From an uncultured Gammaproteobacteria bacterium (lineage in GTDB: Bacteria; Patescibacteriota; Patescibacteriia; JAHIZJ01), in contig CAYJKP010000001.1 in the NCBI GenBank assembly GCA_964371245.1, forward strand, positions 123,042-187,041: a DNA stretch of 64,000 nt, in the 5' to 3' direction. A program made the position numbers and the translations under genes. Position 1 is the first letter of the stretch, and each line of letters starts with the position of its first letter. This document shows, piece by piece, positions 17,076-27,909 of the stretch. The notes under the pieces were generated by a model, which made no database searches, was not told the DNA's origin, and saw only the letters and a list, made by a program, of their open reading frames with translations.

Positions 17076-19562
17076 CTACGATTTTCGGATGACGATTTTT
17101 TGTTTTTGGACGTCGAGTTTTAGAGCGGCACCTGATTCGAGCTGGCCGGAAATGATTTCCTCAGCCAATTTCGTTTCGATTTCGTCTTGGATGATTTTTC
17201 GTACGGCCCGGGCGCCCTCCTCTGGTTTGAAGGCTTTTTTTGCGATGTATTTGATGGCGGCCGGCGTCGCCTGAACACTGAGCTGATGATGGCCCAAGCG
17301 CTGTTCCAGGGCGGCCAGCTGAAGCTGGACGATTTGTTCAACGACGTGCTCGGTTAACGGCCGAAAGACGACAATGTTATCGAGCCGATTGATGAATTCG
17401 GGTCGAAACGATTTCTTTAAATTTTGCAGGATATCCTGTTTGATGCTTTCGTACGAATTTTCCTGTTCGTCGGATTGAGCGGCGGATCGAAAACCGACCT
17501 TTGCGGCTCGGTTAAGCTCAGCCACGCCGACGTTCGAGGTCATGATGATAACGGTGTTTTTGAAATTCACCTTCTTGCCGACCGCGTCGGTGAGCTGGCC
17601 GTCTTCCAGTACCTGGAGCAGGAGATTGAAGACGTCCGGATGGGCTTTTTCGATCTCGTCGAATAACACCACGACATACGGCTTGCGACGGACGATTTCG
17701 GTCAGCTTGCCCCCCTCTTTGTAGCCGACGTAGCCGGGCGGCGCTCCAATCAATTTTGAAGCTTGAAAACTCTCGCCAAACTCGGACATATCGATGCGGA
17801 GCAGCGCCTTCGGGTCCTCGAAGACGACATCGGCAATAACCTTGGCCAGCTCGGTTTTGCCGACCCCCGAAGGCCCGAGAAACATAAACGATCCAATCGG
17901 TCGGTTTGGCTCGGTCAAGCCGGCGCGCGCCCGGCGAAGGCAACGCGCGACCGTCTGGACGGCTTCGCTTTGGCCGATAATTCGTTCGGCCAGGTCGTGT
18001 TCCAGGCGGAGTAACTTATCCTTTTCTTCCTTGAGTAGTTCGGTGACCGGGATTTTTGTCATTCGGGCGACTATTTCGGCGATGTCTTTTTGGGTTATTT
18101 CACCCTGGAGCTCGGTTTGTTCCTGGCGCCGCTTTTCTTTCAATATGCTGATACGACGTCGCAACAACTCTTGCTGGGTTTTGAGGCGCATTGCCCCTTG
18201 AAACTGTTCCGTCGCCACCGCCTCGTGTTTTTTCTTTTCCGAGTCCTTGACCTGCTTGGTGAGATGGAGTATTTCTTTCGTCCGTTCGTCCTGTTTACGG
18301 CCGACCTTGTGTTTTGAGGCCGCTTCGTCAATCAGGTCGATCGCCTTATCGGGAAAAAACTTATCTTGAAGATATCGTTGGCTGAACCGAACTGCCGCTC
18401 GTAGTGCGGCATCGGTGATATTCACCTGGTGGAACAACTCATAATTTTTCTTGATGCCGCGGAGCACCTCAAGCGTTTCTTCAGGACTCGGTTCCTCCAC
18501 CAAGATTGGCTGGAAGCGGCGCTCCAGGGCGGGGTCAGACTCGATATGCTTGCGGTATTCGTCGAGCGTGGTCGCACCGATGCAACGAATCTCGCCTTTT
18601 GCCAAGGCCGGTTTCAAAATATTGGCGGCATCAAGCGTCCCAGTTGCTCCACCCGTGCCGATGATTGTGTGAAGCTCGTCGATAAAGAGAATGATATTCG
18701 GATCTTTTTTTATTTCATCGATGATCTGTTTGAAACGGGCTTCAAATTCACCCCGATAGATCGTCCCGGCGATGACGAGGCCGAGATCAAGATTCAATAT
18801 GCGTTTATCGAGCAGAATGTCCGGAACTTCGTGATTGAGTATTTTTTTTGCCAAACCCTCGACGATGGCGGTTTTTCCCACTCCCGGATCGCCGATTAAG
18901 ACCGGGTTGTTCTTTGTCCGGCGGGAGAGGATATGGATTAAGCGTTCGATTTCATCGATTCGGCCGATCACCGGGTCGATTTTTTTCTGGAGGTGTTCAG
19001 AGGTCAGATCGGTACAAAAGAAATCAAGAGCCGGGGTAGCCGGACTGCCATCGGGTTGGAGAGCGAGCTCGCCATTTTTATCGAAAATCTCGGTCAGGTC
19101 TGGAAATTTTGAGGTGCTTTTTAATACCTGCAAGAGCTGTTGATTCAAGTGCTGGAGATTGACCTGGCTACGCTGAAGCATAGCGTGAATATTCGATTCT
19201 TTGAGCTGGGCCAGGGCATAGAGGAGATGTTCTGTGCCAATATATTTATGGTTGTGCTGTCGAGCGGTTGTCGTCGCTTTGACGAGTGCCTCTTTGGCGA
19301 GCGGGGAGAAATCAATCGGTTTCGCCGGCGTTTGGCCAGCAGCGGGTTTGATCTTTTCCAGAATGACCGTTTTAGCAACGTCTTTTTTTAAGCCGACCTT
19401 GTGGAGAATCTCCGAGCCCAAGCTGCCACGCTGAGAAAGCAGACTGTACAGCAAATGCTCCGGCAGGATAGCCGGGTGGCCCCACTCCTGAGTCAATTCA
19501 GTGGCTTTTAGCAGGGTCCGCTTCAGGTGGGTGGTAAATTTATTGAGCGTGTCGAGATTCAT
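17076..19562 (-). CDS. clpC: ATP-dependent Clp protease ATP-binding subunit ClpC
   Basis: Clp-N repeats, two AAA modules ([16 protein letters not shown]), UVR-like linker, VGF loop. Confidence 0.92.
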   Translation of the reverse strand: MNLDTLNKFTTHLKRTLLKATELTQEWGHPAILPEHLLYSLLSQRGSLGSEILHKVGLKKDVAKTVILEKIKPAAGQTPAKPIDFSPLAKEALVKATTTARQHNHKYIGTEHLLYALAQLKESNIHAMLQRSQVNLQHLNQQLLQVLKSTSKFPDLTEIFDKNGELALQPDGSPATPALDFFCTDLTSEHLQKKIDPVIGRIDEIERLIHILSRRTKNNPVLIGDPGVGKTAIVEGLAKKILNHEVPDILLDKRILNLDLGLVIAGTIYRGEFEARFKQIIDEIKKDPNIILFIDELHTIIGTGGATGTLDAANILKPALAKGEIRCIGATTLDEYRKHIESDPALERRFQPILVEEPSPEETLEVLRGIKKNYELFHQVNITDAALRAAVRFSQRYLQDKFFPDKAIDLIDEAASKHKVGRKQDERTKEILHLTKQVKDSEKKKHEAVATEQFQGAMRLKTQQELLRRRISILKEKRRQEQTELQGEITQKDIAEIVARMTKIPVTELLKEEKDKLLRLEHDLAERIIGQSEAVQTVARCLRRARAGLTEPNRPIGSFMFLGPSGVGKTELAKVIADVVFEDPKALLRIDMSEFGESFQASKLIGAPPGYVGYKEGGKLTEIVRRKPYVVVLFDEIEKAHPDVFNLLLQVLEDGQLTDAVGKKVNFKNTVIIMTSNVGVAELNRAAKVGFRSAAQSDEQENSYESIKQDILQNLKKSFRPEFINRLDNIVVFRPLTEHVVEQIVQLQLAALEQRLGHHQLSVQATPAAIKYIAKKAFKPEEGARAVRKIIQDEIETKLAEEIISGQLESGAALKLDVQKQKIVIRKS

Positions 19563-19564
19563 GG

Positions 19565-20440
19565 CTAGGCCATTGTCCTCAGGGCTTTTACGCGTTCTTC
19601 GATTGGCGGGTGAGTTGAGAAAAGATTTCGGAAGGATTTGCCTGATCCGCCAAACGGGTTCGTGATATAGAGGTGGGCAGTAGCGGTGTTGACGCGGTGC
19701 AGCGGTTGCTTGTATTGGCCGATCTTTTCCAGCGCTTTAGCCAAACCCTCGGGATAGCGAGTCAACAAGGCACCGGACGCATCAGCCAAGAATTCCCGCC
19801 GCCGGGAAACGGCGAATTGGATCAACCGAGCAAAGAGGGGGGACAGGATAATCAACGCCAGCCCAATAATCGCAAATATGTCGTTCCCCTCGCGCCGGCG
19901 ACTGCCGCGAAACAAGCTGCCTCGGAAGAAAATATCAGCCAGTAGGGTAATTACGCCAACGGAGACGATAACAATCATCATGAGCCGGATATCGTAGTTT
20001 TTCACGTGTGAGAGTTCATGCGCGATCACGCCCTCAAGCTCTTCATTTTCGAGGCTCTGGATGAGTCCGGTGGTGACGGCAATCGAGGCGTGTCTCGGGT
20101 CGCGGCCGGTGGCAAAGGCATTCGGAGCTGGGTCGTCAATCACGTAGACCTTTGGTATCGGCAGACCGGCGGTGATGCAGAGATTCTCAACCATTCGATA
20201 GACATAGGGATTTTCCTCTTTGGTGATTGCCCGCGCGCCCGCCGTTGCTAAAGCAATTTTATCGCCCGAATAGTAACTGACCAGGCTCAGCGATCCGGCG
20301 ATGATTACTGCGAAAGCAATCGCGACGCCCGGGGACTGCGACCATTGGCCGACGGCCCAGCCTAAGCCGAGAACAACCACCACAAACAATAGCATGAGTA
20401 TGACCGTGGCACGTTTATTTGATGAGATTTGATTATACAT
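19565..20440 (-). CDS. htpX: Zinc metalloprotease HtpX (M48)
   Basis: PNAFATG, HELSH, REFLAD, STHPP. Confidence 0.93.
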   Translation of the reverse strand: MYNQISSNKRATVILMLLFVVVVLGLGWAVGQWSQSPGVAIAFAVIIAGSLSLVSYYSGDKIALATAGARAITKEENPYVYRMVENLCITAGLPIPKVYVIDDPAPNAFATGRDPRHASIAVTTGLIQSLENEELEGVIAHELSHVKNYDIRLMMIVIVSVGVITLLADIFFRGSLFRGSRRREGNDIFAIIGLALIILSPLFARLIQFAVSRRREFLADASGALLTRYPEGLAKALEKIGQYKQPLHRVNTATAHLYITNPFGGSGKSFRNLFSTHPPIEERVKALRTMA

Positions 20441-20511
20441 AGTCAATGGATGAAGCAAACGGCTGAAAATCAGCCGTCCGCTTGCGAATTATTTTATCTG
20501 AGAGAATTGTT

Positions 20512-21069
20512 TTAGAATTTCACTTGCGGGGCTTTCCGTTCGGCCTCACCTTCAAGTTCGAAAAATTCCCGTTTCTTGAAGCCCAGCATGCCAGCGATTA
20601 AGGTATTCGGGAAAGTCTGGAGCATGATGTTGAAGTCCCGGACATTGCCATTGTAGAAGCGGCGAGCGGCTTGAATTTTATTCTCTGTATCAGATAGCTC
20701 GTCCTGGAGTTTGGCGAAGTTTTCTGAAGCCTTTAACTGTGGGTAATTCTCAGCCACGGCAAAGAGTGATTTCAGGGTGCTCGAGAGAGCATTCTCGGCC
20801 TTGGCTTTATCAGCCGGCGATTTGGCGCCCATGGCCGTGGCACGGGCCGCGGTCACATTCTCAAACACTTCGCGCTCGTGCGTCGCATATCCTTTGACAG
20901 TCTCGATCAGGTTCGGGATCAAATCATATCGCCGTTTTAATTGGACGTCGATGTCTGACCAGGCCTCGTCCGTTTGGTTCCGGCGCCGGATTAAACCGTT
21001 GTAGACGGCGATGAACCAAAACACGATGATGACGATAATGCCGAGGATAATCCAGGTAATAGTTGACAT
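20512..21069 (-). CDS. lemA: LemA family protein
   Basis: YNGL..WSDIDVQLKRRYDLIPNL, ENYPQLKA, RRFYN. Confidence 0.96.
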   Translation of the reverse strand: MSTITWIILGIIVIIVFWFIAVYNGLIRRRNQTDEAWSDIDVQLKRRYDLIPNLIETVKGYATHEREVFENVTAARATAMGAKSPADKAKAENALSSTLKSLFAVAENYPQLKASENFAKLQDELSDTENKIQAARRFYNGNVRDFNIMLQTFPNTLIAGMLGFKKREFFELEGEAERKAPQVKF

Positions 21070-21095
21070 ACGTTTTTTTCCTTTGTACTCTTACA

Positions 21096-21182
21096 TTGAC
21101 ACTAAAGTAGAAATATGTTAAAATTTCAAGTAGGTTGGCTGAATTTCATTTTGATTATATAATTTAGCTAACCAGGTGTCAA
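21096..21182. promoter_or_regulatory. Pair of face-to-face sigma70 promoters
   Basis: Plus: TTGACA(21096)-17-TAAAAT with TG extension; minus: TTGACA(21182)-17-TATAAT. Confidence 0.65.
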
Positions 21183-21228
21183 AAGAAACACGCCAACTGG
21201 GTAATTACCCAATAAATAACATACTACA

Positions 21229-24200
21229 ATGAAAATGGTAGGGAAACTCATAAGGAATCTTTTGCGAAAAAAGATTTTTTATTTTGGCATTGTGGCAATA
21301 ATTCTCGGACTATCATTTTGCCATTACGCATTTATCCGCTCCGCCCAGGCCGCGCCACAGTGCACATCATCGTCAATGCCAGGTGATCCGTGGGGCGGCG
21401 ATGGCGTCCATTTTTTCTATAGCGCTACGCCAACCAGTCTGATTGTCGGCCGGCCAGACGCAGTAATCGAAATCGACAGTTGCAACATGCACGAGCCAGA
21501 CAGTCCGCCAAATCGAGGTTGGAACCGATACCTACTCAGAAGGGTCGGGACGACTGGGCCGGATCTCGAAGCTCAGTACGGGTATGGTGGTGGACAGAAC
21601 TTGACCATTAGTTTTGATCTTTCGAGCGTGGCGCCTGGGTATTACAATCTCATCCACTACTATTCGAATAAAACAAGTTATATTCCCGAGGTGTGGAATC
21701 CAGGAAGCGACGGTCAGGAGCTGCCTGATTATCCAGCTGGCCCCAATGAATACTATGACGCCCCACACGTTCCAGTGGGTGATTACCATCCAAAAGTTGT
21801 TTACAATCGACAAATCTTGGTTTATTCGCCGGCAATAGTCGGCTGGGGCTGGTTTGGCGCGGCCACGCCGGGTGATACCAGTTGTCGTGATTCGCGCGGC
21901 CAGCCGTATCCCTGCGGTTCGCCTGCCTGGATGAGCTTGAATTGTTTGAGCGACACCATCGGCGGGACCAGCCGCAACCGATGCTATGACGCAGTCGACA
22001 ACCCAACTGGGGTTGATTATGGTTTGAGTTTGTTTTATGACATGGATCATTTCAGTATCCGCGGCCAAGCCTGGCTCGGCATCCATAGCGATAATGATTC
22101 AAATCCAGCAAATAATACCGGAATTGGCTGGGCAAGTTTTGATCCGACCATTGATCAAGGTAATGCCTATTATGCGGTTCCGACGCTCGCTGGCACGACC
22201 GCGACACAAGCCAGTTACAATGAAGACACGGGCGCGGTCTATGGCTGGGCTCGGATACGAACGCTCCAAGAAGAGGGGGTGAATACCCGCTGTTCAACGA
22301 CCACGCGTGATTGGAGCGACGTACCGATTAGTTTGTTGGGCAGTCTCAATGGTCTCTCTAGCCACCTCGTTGAAGCATCAGACCGCACAGTCCATGCGAC
22401 CTGGGTCGGGCCAGGTCCGGATCAGTCCATCTATTATGATTATCTGACCGGCGGTTCATGGCTGGCAAACCCGATCAATCTATCGAATATTGTGGGTGGA
22501 GAAACGGGTAACTCAGCTCCTGATATCGCAGTCGAGTCTGACGGAACAGTCTACGTATCATATATACACCAAGGGACCGATATACGCGTGTTTTCGTGCA
22601 GTTCGAGTTGCGACGATACAGCGAATTGGTCCTATACCAATGCGGTTACGGGCGTGGTTGGTTTAACAGACCAGTCGCTTGCCACGACAAAGGATTTTAG
22701 CCGCACAATCTATGTCTATTACCAATTAAACAATGAAGTATACATTGTTACCAGCCAAGACGGTAGCGCCTGGACCGGTCCGGAAAACATATCAAATTCT
22801 GGGACAGCTTCCTGGCCTCGTCTGGCCGTTGATTTTCAGGATAATGTCCACGTCGTCTGGCAAGCCGGATCAAATATCTACTATCGGAAATACACAAACG
22901 GCTCTGGCTGGTCGCCGGATTTATCCTCACCAGGCACACAAGTAAACGTACTTGGCGCCAGCGCTCATCCAGCCATCGCGGTTGATCCTGAAGCCAATCC
23001 TCACATCGTGTATGAAACTGCCGCGAATATTGTGTATCGGAAACACACCCCAATCGGCGGATGGTATTCGGAAATACAAGTGAGCAGTGGCACGAGCGAT
23101 ACCAATCCGATCATCGCCTATGGAAATGATTACCGGGTGCATATTCTGTATCTCGACAACGACCACGCTCCCAACAAGAAAATCCTATACACCGAATCAA
23201 CCAACGGCAAAGACTGGTCTGTGCCAAATCCAGTCTATGATGAAAACACAGTCGATCAATTGTCCCCCGATGCAATCGTGACAAAGGATAATTATGTTCA
23301 GGCGCTTTTTAGCCGGCCGGGCGATGTGATCCATCAAACCGTGTCCACCGGCAGCTTTGGCGACTCCTGCACAGCGCCAAGTCCAACTGACGTGTCCGGA
23401 ACGGACTGGGGCTGGGTAAGCCTCCGTGGCGGACTGGGCATGTGTGGTGCCGCGCAATGCGCCACTCCCCAAGATTATGCCGACGTTCTCGAAACAATCG
23501 GTCCAGGTTTCCGGAGTTGTTTTGCCTGTGATGAAACGGCCAAGTCCTGCAAAATCTGCGAAGTCCTCGATAAGGATTATGGCGCTCCCAGCGCGACGAA
23601 CCCGCCGCGCTATGCCTGTAATGTCTGTACGGCTTGCGGAAAATGCGAAAATCAGCCGGCCATATCTTGCTATGATGATACGCCGTGTAATGGCGGGAGC
23701 TGCGTGATTAATAATAAATGCTCACGCACGGGGGTGGCGTGTGATCAAGAGAACCCGTGTGAGTGGACTGAAGGCGAAAAGAACGAATGTGTCCCGGCCT
23801 GTGCGTCTTGCGATTCTTGTAATATCTGGGGCGTATCGATCGATGGTGATCTTGCGACGGGCGCAAATTTTCACGGCTATGGCTGGTCAGCCGGCGGGAC
23901 AGTAGATATCACTGGTCAGCCCGGTTCGTATAATTCTGGAGACGTCGATTCAGCCTATAATTTAACATTGGCCGGAGCATGTACCAGCTCAAATGATTGC
24001 GTTGCTGGCGGCTGGGCGATAAATAATCCAGCTAATCCGAACTTTAATACAGCCGGGCAGTTGTGCGGTAAGGATGCAGACTTTGGTCTGGCGGGTGGAA
24101 CACTCGACGGTTGGGGTGCTTGTCAGGTTCGCGGGCCAGGGGCGTTGACCAAGTATTTCACCAAAGACATCCCGATCACCCAGGCTGGCAACTATTTCAT

Positions 24201-25476
24201 ATCACTTAACGCGATCTTCGATGCCTCGGTGAACGAAAATGTGGTTATCGAAATACTTGATAACGCGACTGATGGAAATATTATCAAAACCTTAACTTCG
24301 GCCGATCTGAATAACGTCGGAAAGGTCCGTAAAACGTGCACCTTCCCGAACGAGGTCTATCTCGAACCAGGCAATTTATTGCGCCTTAAGTCGTCAAATG
24401 ACGTTGATACCGAAATCGATTCTTTTCAGCTTACCAGCCTGCCGGTCAGCGACTTGAACTGCGAGCTGAACAATGAGTTGACCGAGGTATATGTCGATGA
24501 GGTCGGATTCGGCTTCATGGATTATAGCAACGTGTCTACACTCGACCCGTGGGTACAGACGCAATATGGCAATATTTATTCAGGCGGGGCAGTTGGTCCG
24601 GGCGGCGGAGCGCCAGCCGGAGCCATGAACTCGACCTATATCATTGGCACGGCCGCAGGTGCAGGAATTGATAGCAGCTGGATTGCTCCAATCATCCGGG
24701 AAGGCACGGAAACGACATTCGGGCTACCATCGGCCGAGCATAATTATCGAAACCCGCTCGGAAAAATACCGTATGCAGAGCTAAGCAAACCAGCCGGTAG
24801 TAATCCCTACAGCGACCGCGTGATCGAGTATAATAGTGAGACGGCACCGGCCTGCGACCCAGTCACTCATAATATCTCCTGGGGCCAGGTAAAGGACAAC
24901 ATCATACCGCCCAACGGAAAGGGTCCGTTACGAAAAGGGGTCTATCATTTTGGACGCATTGATGATCCCTGCAATCTCGTTATTAATCAAGAAATGGAAC
25001 TTGAAAACGGCAATAATGAGAATGGCGCAGGAACCTTCTTAATTGAGGGTGACCTGATTGTTGACGCCAACATCTCGGTTAAAGAAACCGGTAATCAGAT
25101 AGATGTCATTAGCGAACTCGCCTCAGCTGGGTTCATTGTAAAGGGGAATGTTAAAATAAAAGGTACGGTCACCGAGATGGTCGGCGCCTATGCCGTAATC
25201 GGCTGTGATAATGTCGGCGGAAACTGCCAGGGCGATCCGTCAAGCCATGTTGGTTTGTTTGATACGGCATATGACTCCGATGCGTCAACCGATCAATTCA
25301 AGCTGTATGGCGTGGTTATTGCATATCGCTATGATTTTGGACGGAAGTATTCTGGTCTGGAAGGCGCCGAGGTCTTCACGAATAACGGCGTTCTCCAAGC
25401 CAATCCTCCGCCGGGATTTGTGGATATTTCAACTGCCACGAAGATTTCGGCCGAAAGACCGTTTACCACCCCCTAA
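21229..25476 (+). CDS. Large secreted modular surface protein / putative pilus-associated adhesin
   Basis: Signal peptide (AQA), GW-rich modules, 7-blade propeller insert, Cys-rich tract; directly upstream of pilM. Confidence 0.75.
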   Translation: MKMVGKLIRNLLRKKIFYFGIVAIILGLSFCHYAFIRSAQAAPQCTSSSMPGDPWGGDGVHFFYSATPTSLIVGRPDAVIEIDSCNMHEPDSPPNRGWNRYLLRRVGTTGPDLEAQYGYGGGQNLTISFDLSSVAPGYYNLIHYYSNKTSYIPEVWNPGSDGQELPDYPAGPNEYYDAPHVPVGDYHPKVVYNRQILVYSPAIVGWGWFGAATPGDTSCRDSRGQPYPCGSPAWMSLNCLSDTIGGTSRNRCYDAVDNPTGVDYGLSLFYDMDHFSIRGQAWLGIHSDNDSNPANNTGIGWASFDPTIDQGNAYYAVPTLAGTTATQASYNEDTGAVYGWARIRTLQEEGVNTRCSTTTRDWSDVPISLLGSLNGLSSHLVEASDRTVHATWVGPGPDQSIYYDYLTGGSWLANPINLSNIVGGETGNSAPDIAVESDGTVYVSYIHQGTDIRVFSCSSSCDDTANWSYTNAVTGVVGLTDQSLATTKDFSRTIYVYYQLNNEVYIVTSQDGSAWTGPENISNSGTASWPRLAVDFQDNVHVVWQAGSNIYYRKYTNGSGWSPDLSSPGTQVNVLGASAHPAIAVDPEANPHIVYETAANIVYRKHTPIGGWYSEIQVSSGTSDTNPIIAYGNDYRVHILYLDNDHAPNKKILYTESTNGKDWSVPNPVYDENTVDQLSPDAIVTKDNYVQALFSRPGDVIHQTVSTGSFGDSCTAPSPTDVSGTDWGWVSLRGGLGMCGAAQCATPQDYADVLETIGPGFRSCFACDETAKSCKICEVLDKDYGAPSATNPPRYACNVCTACGKCENQPAISCYDDTPCNGGSCVINNKCSRTGVACDQENPCEWTEGEKNECVPACASCDSCNIWGVSIDGDLATGANFHGYGWSAGGTVDITGQPGSYNSGDVDSAYNLTLAGACTSSNDCVAGGWAINNPANPNFNTAGQLCGKDADFGLAGGTLDGWGACQVRGPGALTKYFTKDIPITQAGNYFISLNAIFDASVNENVVIEILDNATDGNIIKTLTSADLNNVGKVRKTCTFPNEVYLEPGNLLRLKSSNDVDTEIDSFQLTSLPVSDLNCELNNELTEVYVDEVGFGFMDYSNVSTLDPWVQTQYGNIYSGGAVGPGGGAPAGAMNSTYIIGTAAGAGIDSSWIAPIIREGTETTFGLPSAEHNYRNPLGKIPYAELSKPAGSNPYSDRVIEYNSETAPACDPVTHNISWGQVKDNIIPPNGKGPLRKGVYHFGRIDDPCNLVINQEMELENGNNENGAGTFLIEGDLIVDANISVKETGNQIDVISELASAGFIVKGNVKIKGTVTEMVGAYAVIGCDNVGGNCQGDPSSHVGLFDTAYDSDASTDQFKLYGVVIAYRYDFGRKYSGLEGAEVFTNNGVLQANPPPGFVDISTATKISAERPFTTP

Positions 25477-25494
25477 AATCTGATCATAATACTG

Positions 25495-25520
25495 AAAAGG
25501 GCTGATATTCAGCCCTTTTT
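25495..25520 (+). terminator. Intrinsic terminator
   Basis: AAAAGGGCTGA-TAT-TCAGCCCTTTTT. Confidence 0.7.
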
Positions 25521-25595
25521 GTTGAAATCTTGAATTTTTTGTAGTTTTATGCTATACTTAAATTGTAGAAAATAAACATCCACCATAATACCAAT

Positions 25596-26720
25596 ATGGG
25601 TCTATTTGCGAAAAGATTGAGTTATATCGGCATTGATATTGGCACTGCCGGTATTAAAATTGTCGAATTATTGAATGATCAGGGCAAACCGCGCCTGGCT
25701 ACGTATGGGTATCTCGATGAGCCGATTAATGTGGTTCGGAGCGATTCGCCGGAGGCGCACGCGAAGGCCGTTCAGGTGATTAAAGAGATATTTAAACAAG
25801 CCAAAGTCGGTACGAATCGCGTCATTTCCGCCTTGCCCAGCTTTTCCGTCTTCAGCGCGATTATCAGTCTGCCAAACATGTCCCGTAAGGAGCTTGTTTC
25901 AGCCGTCCGGTGGGAAGCAAAAAAATTCGTGCCCATGCCGATTGAGGAAATGATATTGGACTGGAAAGTACTCGATGAACAAACGAATGACGGGGCGCCG
26001 TCGAAAGCCGAGTCAGCGCCAACGGATAAGAAAGCAGGCGAGCCAGCGGCACCAGGGAAAAATTTAAACATTTTACTAACAGCCGCGCCGCGCAACCTCG
26101 TTCAACGGTATCTCAATATATTTAAAGAGCTCAACGTCAAACTGGTCGGCCTTGAGACGGAGGCGTTCGCGCTCGAACGGTCATTGATCGGGCACGATAA
26201 ATCGGCCGTCATGATTGTCGATATCGGTGGTCTGAACACGAATGTCTGCGTTATGCGTGACAGCATTCCGCTTTTGAATCGGAGCATCGACGTCGGCGGG
26301 GAAACGATCACCCGGACAATTGCGAACGGATTAAACGTCGATTTGGAACGCGCGGAACAGTTCAAACGCGATTTTGGCATGTCGACGGATGAGTCCGGCG
26401 GACAGCAGCAGATTCCGAAAACGATCGAATTCGTTATCAGTTCGATTGTCAACGAAATAAAATACTGTTTTAATCTCTACCACAACCAATCGCTCGGACC
26501 GACCGACGCGAACAAGGCGATAGAGAAGGTGATATTAATCGGCGGCTCCGCATTTTTACCGTCGTTACCAGAGTATCTTTCCAAGGTCTTGAATATGCGT
26601 GTCTATATCGGCGATCCTTGGGCGCGGGTCGCCTACCCAGAAGAGCTGAAGCCGGTTCTGACCGAACTCGGTCCGAAGCTGGCTGTTGCCATTGGCTTAG
26701 CGATGAGAGAAATATATTAA
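25596..26720 (+). CDS. pilM: Type IV pilus assembly protein PilM
   Basis: GIDIGTAGIKIVEL, VDIGG, LIGGSA, AVAIGLAMR actin-like motifs. Confidence 0.93.
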   Translation: MGLFAKRLSYIGIDIGTAGIKIVELLNDQGKPRLATYGYLDEPINVVRSDSPEAHAKAVQVIKEIFKQAKVGTNRVISALPSFSVFSAIISLPNMSRKELVSAVRWEAKKFVPMPIEEMILDWKVLDEQTNDGAPSKAESAPTDKKAGEPAAPGKNLNILLTAAPRNLVQRYLNIFKELNVKLVGLETEAFALERSLIGHDKSAVMIVDIGGLNTNVCVMRDSIPLLNRSIDVGGETITRTIANGLNVDLERAEQFKRDFGMSTDESGGQQQIPKTIEFVISSIVNEIKYCFNLYHNQSLGPTDANKAIEKVILIGGSAFLPSLPEYLSKVLNMRVYIGDPWARVAYPEELKPVLTELGPKLAVAIGLAMREIY

Positions 26721-26729
26721 AAAAAACCT

Positions 26730-27905
26730 ATGGTAGACATCAATTTACTCGACGACACCACGGGTGAGGGGGATGAGAATAAGAATAAAAAGGCGAAAAA
26801 ACCTCCCGAACGGATAGAATATACGAAACCGTCGATCGAGCCGAAAGAAAACGAACAAGACGCAAAAGTAAAAAGTGGTTTGCTGGGCGGAATATTCAAG
26901 AAAAAAACCGTCTCGACAGCGGGCGCAGAATTGCCACCACCGACACCTTTATCTCGACCAACGGCAAAGCCGATCGAGACTCGTTCAGTACCGAGAGAAA
27001 CACCGGCTGTCACGAGCGAGAGTCTGCCGTCGACGAAGCCGAAAACAGGGATTTTTGGAAACTGGTTTGGTCGCCGGCCAGCCCCAGCAAATCCGCCGAC
27101 TTCAGCAACAACACCGAGTCTTCCAGGTGGGAGTGCCGAGGCGCGGTTTCGAGCGTCCTATGCCCAGAAAGAAAAGGTGAAAAAGACAGATAGCCAGGTG
27201 CTGGAAGAAAAGGTAATCTCATCCAAACAACCACGCGCGTTGCCGGTCGAAGAGCCGCCGACAGAAGAGAAGTCGTCATTCCTTGACGTCAACCTTATGC
27301 CGGCCGATCTCATGGTCGAGCTTGAGCCGAGAAAGAAATTGTTACTGTATGCGATTGTCACTGGAATTTCCATCGCATTTGTGGCGGCGATCTATTTTGG
27401 CCTGCAATTCTATGAAAGCCGGATACAAAAAGATGTCGAACAAACCTCGGGACAGATAGCAGAAGTGGAGAAAAGTATTGCCGCTCTCAGAAAAGAGCAA
27501 TCGGCGGCGATCCTCTTAAAATCACGCACTGATCAGGTAAAGGAAGCCTTAGACAAACATGTTCACTGGACGAATTTTTTCAGCAAACTCGAGGCCAACA
27601 CGATCAGTGATGTCCAGTATGATAGTTTTGCCGGGTCGTTTGCGGGCGGAAGCAATCCCACGTTTTCATTAAATGCGGTTGGTCGTGATTATAGCTCTAT
27701 CGCACGCCAAATTAAAGCTTTTGAGGATCCAAAGGCAGCCGACTTCATTGCCAGCGTGCGCGTCGACCGCGGCGAACGGACGATTCCCCAAACCGCTGAT
27801 GAAAAGGAGTATGTCCGATTTGGCATCCAGTTTACTGTCTTAGAAAGTCTCTTTTATGACACCGAGAACAGTGTTAGCTCGACCGGTGTCGGAGGGGAGG
27901 AATAA
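26730..27905 (+). CDS. pilN: PilN-like protein with long N-terminal extension
   Basis: INLL/VNLMP motifs, TM, coiled coil, H..WT.FF..LE; follows pilM. Confidence 0.7.
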   Translation: MVDINLLDDTTGEGDENKNKKAKKPPERIEYTKPSIEPKENEQDAKVKSGLLGGIFKKKTVSTAGAELPPPTPLSRPTAKPIETRSVPRETPAVTSESLPSTKPKTGIFGNWFGRRPAPANPPTSATTPSLPGGSAEARFRASYAQKEKVKKTDSQVLEEKVISSKQPRALPVEEPPTEEKSSFLDVNLMPADLMVELEPRKKLLLYAIVTGISIAFVAAIYFGLQFYESRIQKDVEQTSGQIAEVEKSIAALRKEQSAAILLKSRTDQVKEALDKHVHWTNFFSKLEANTISDVQYDSFAGSFAGGSNPTFSLNAVGRDYSSIARQIKAFEDPKAADFIASVRVDRGERTIPQTADEKEYVRFGIQFTVLESLFYDTENSVSSTGVGGEE

Positions 27906-27909
27906 TACC

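Noticed and set aside
19563-21228. CIRCE or CtsR heat-shock operator for lemA-htpX-clpC
   Set aside because: No TTAGCACTC-N9-GAGTGCTAA or clear CtsR heptad repeats found by eye.
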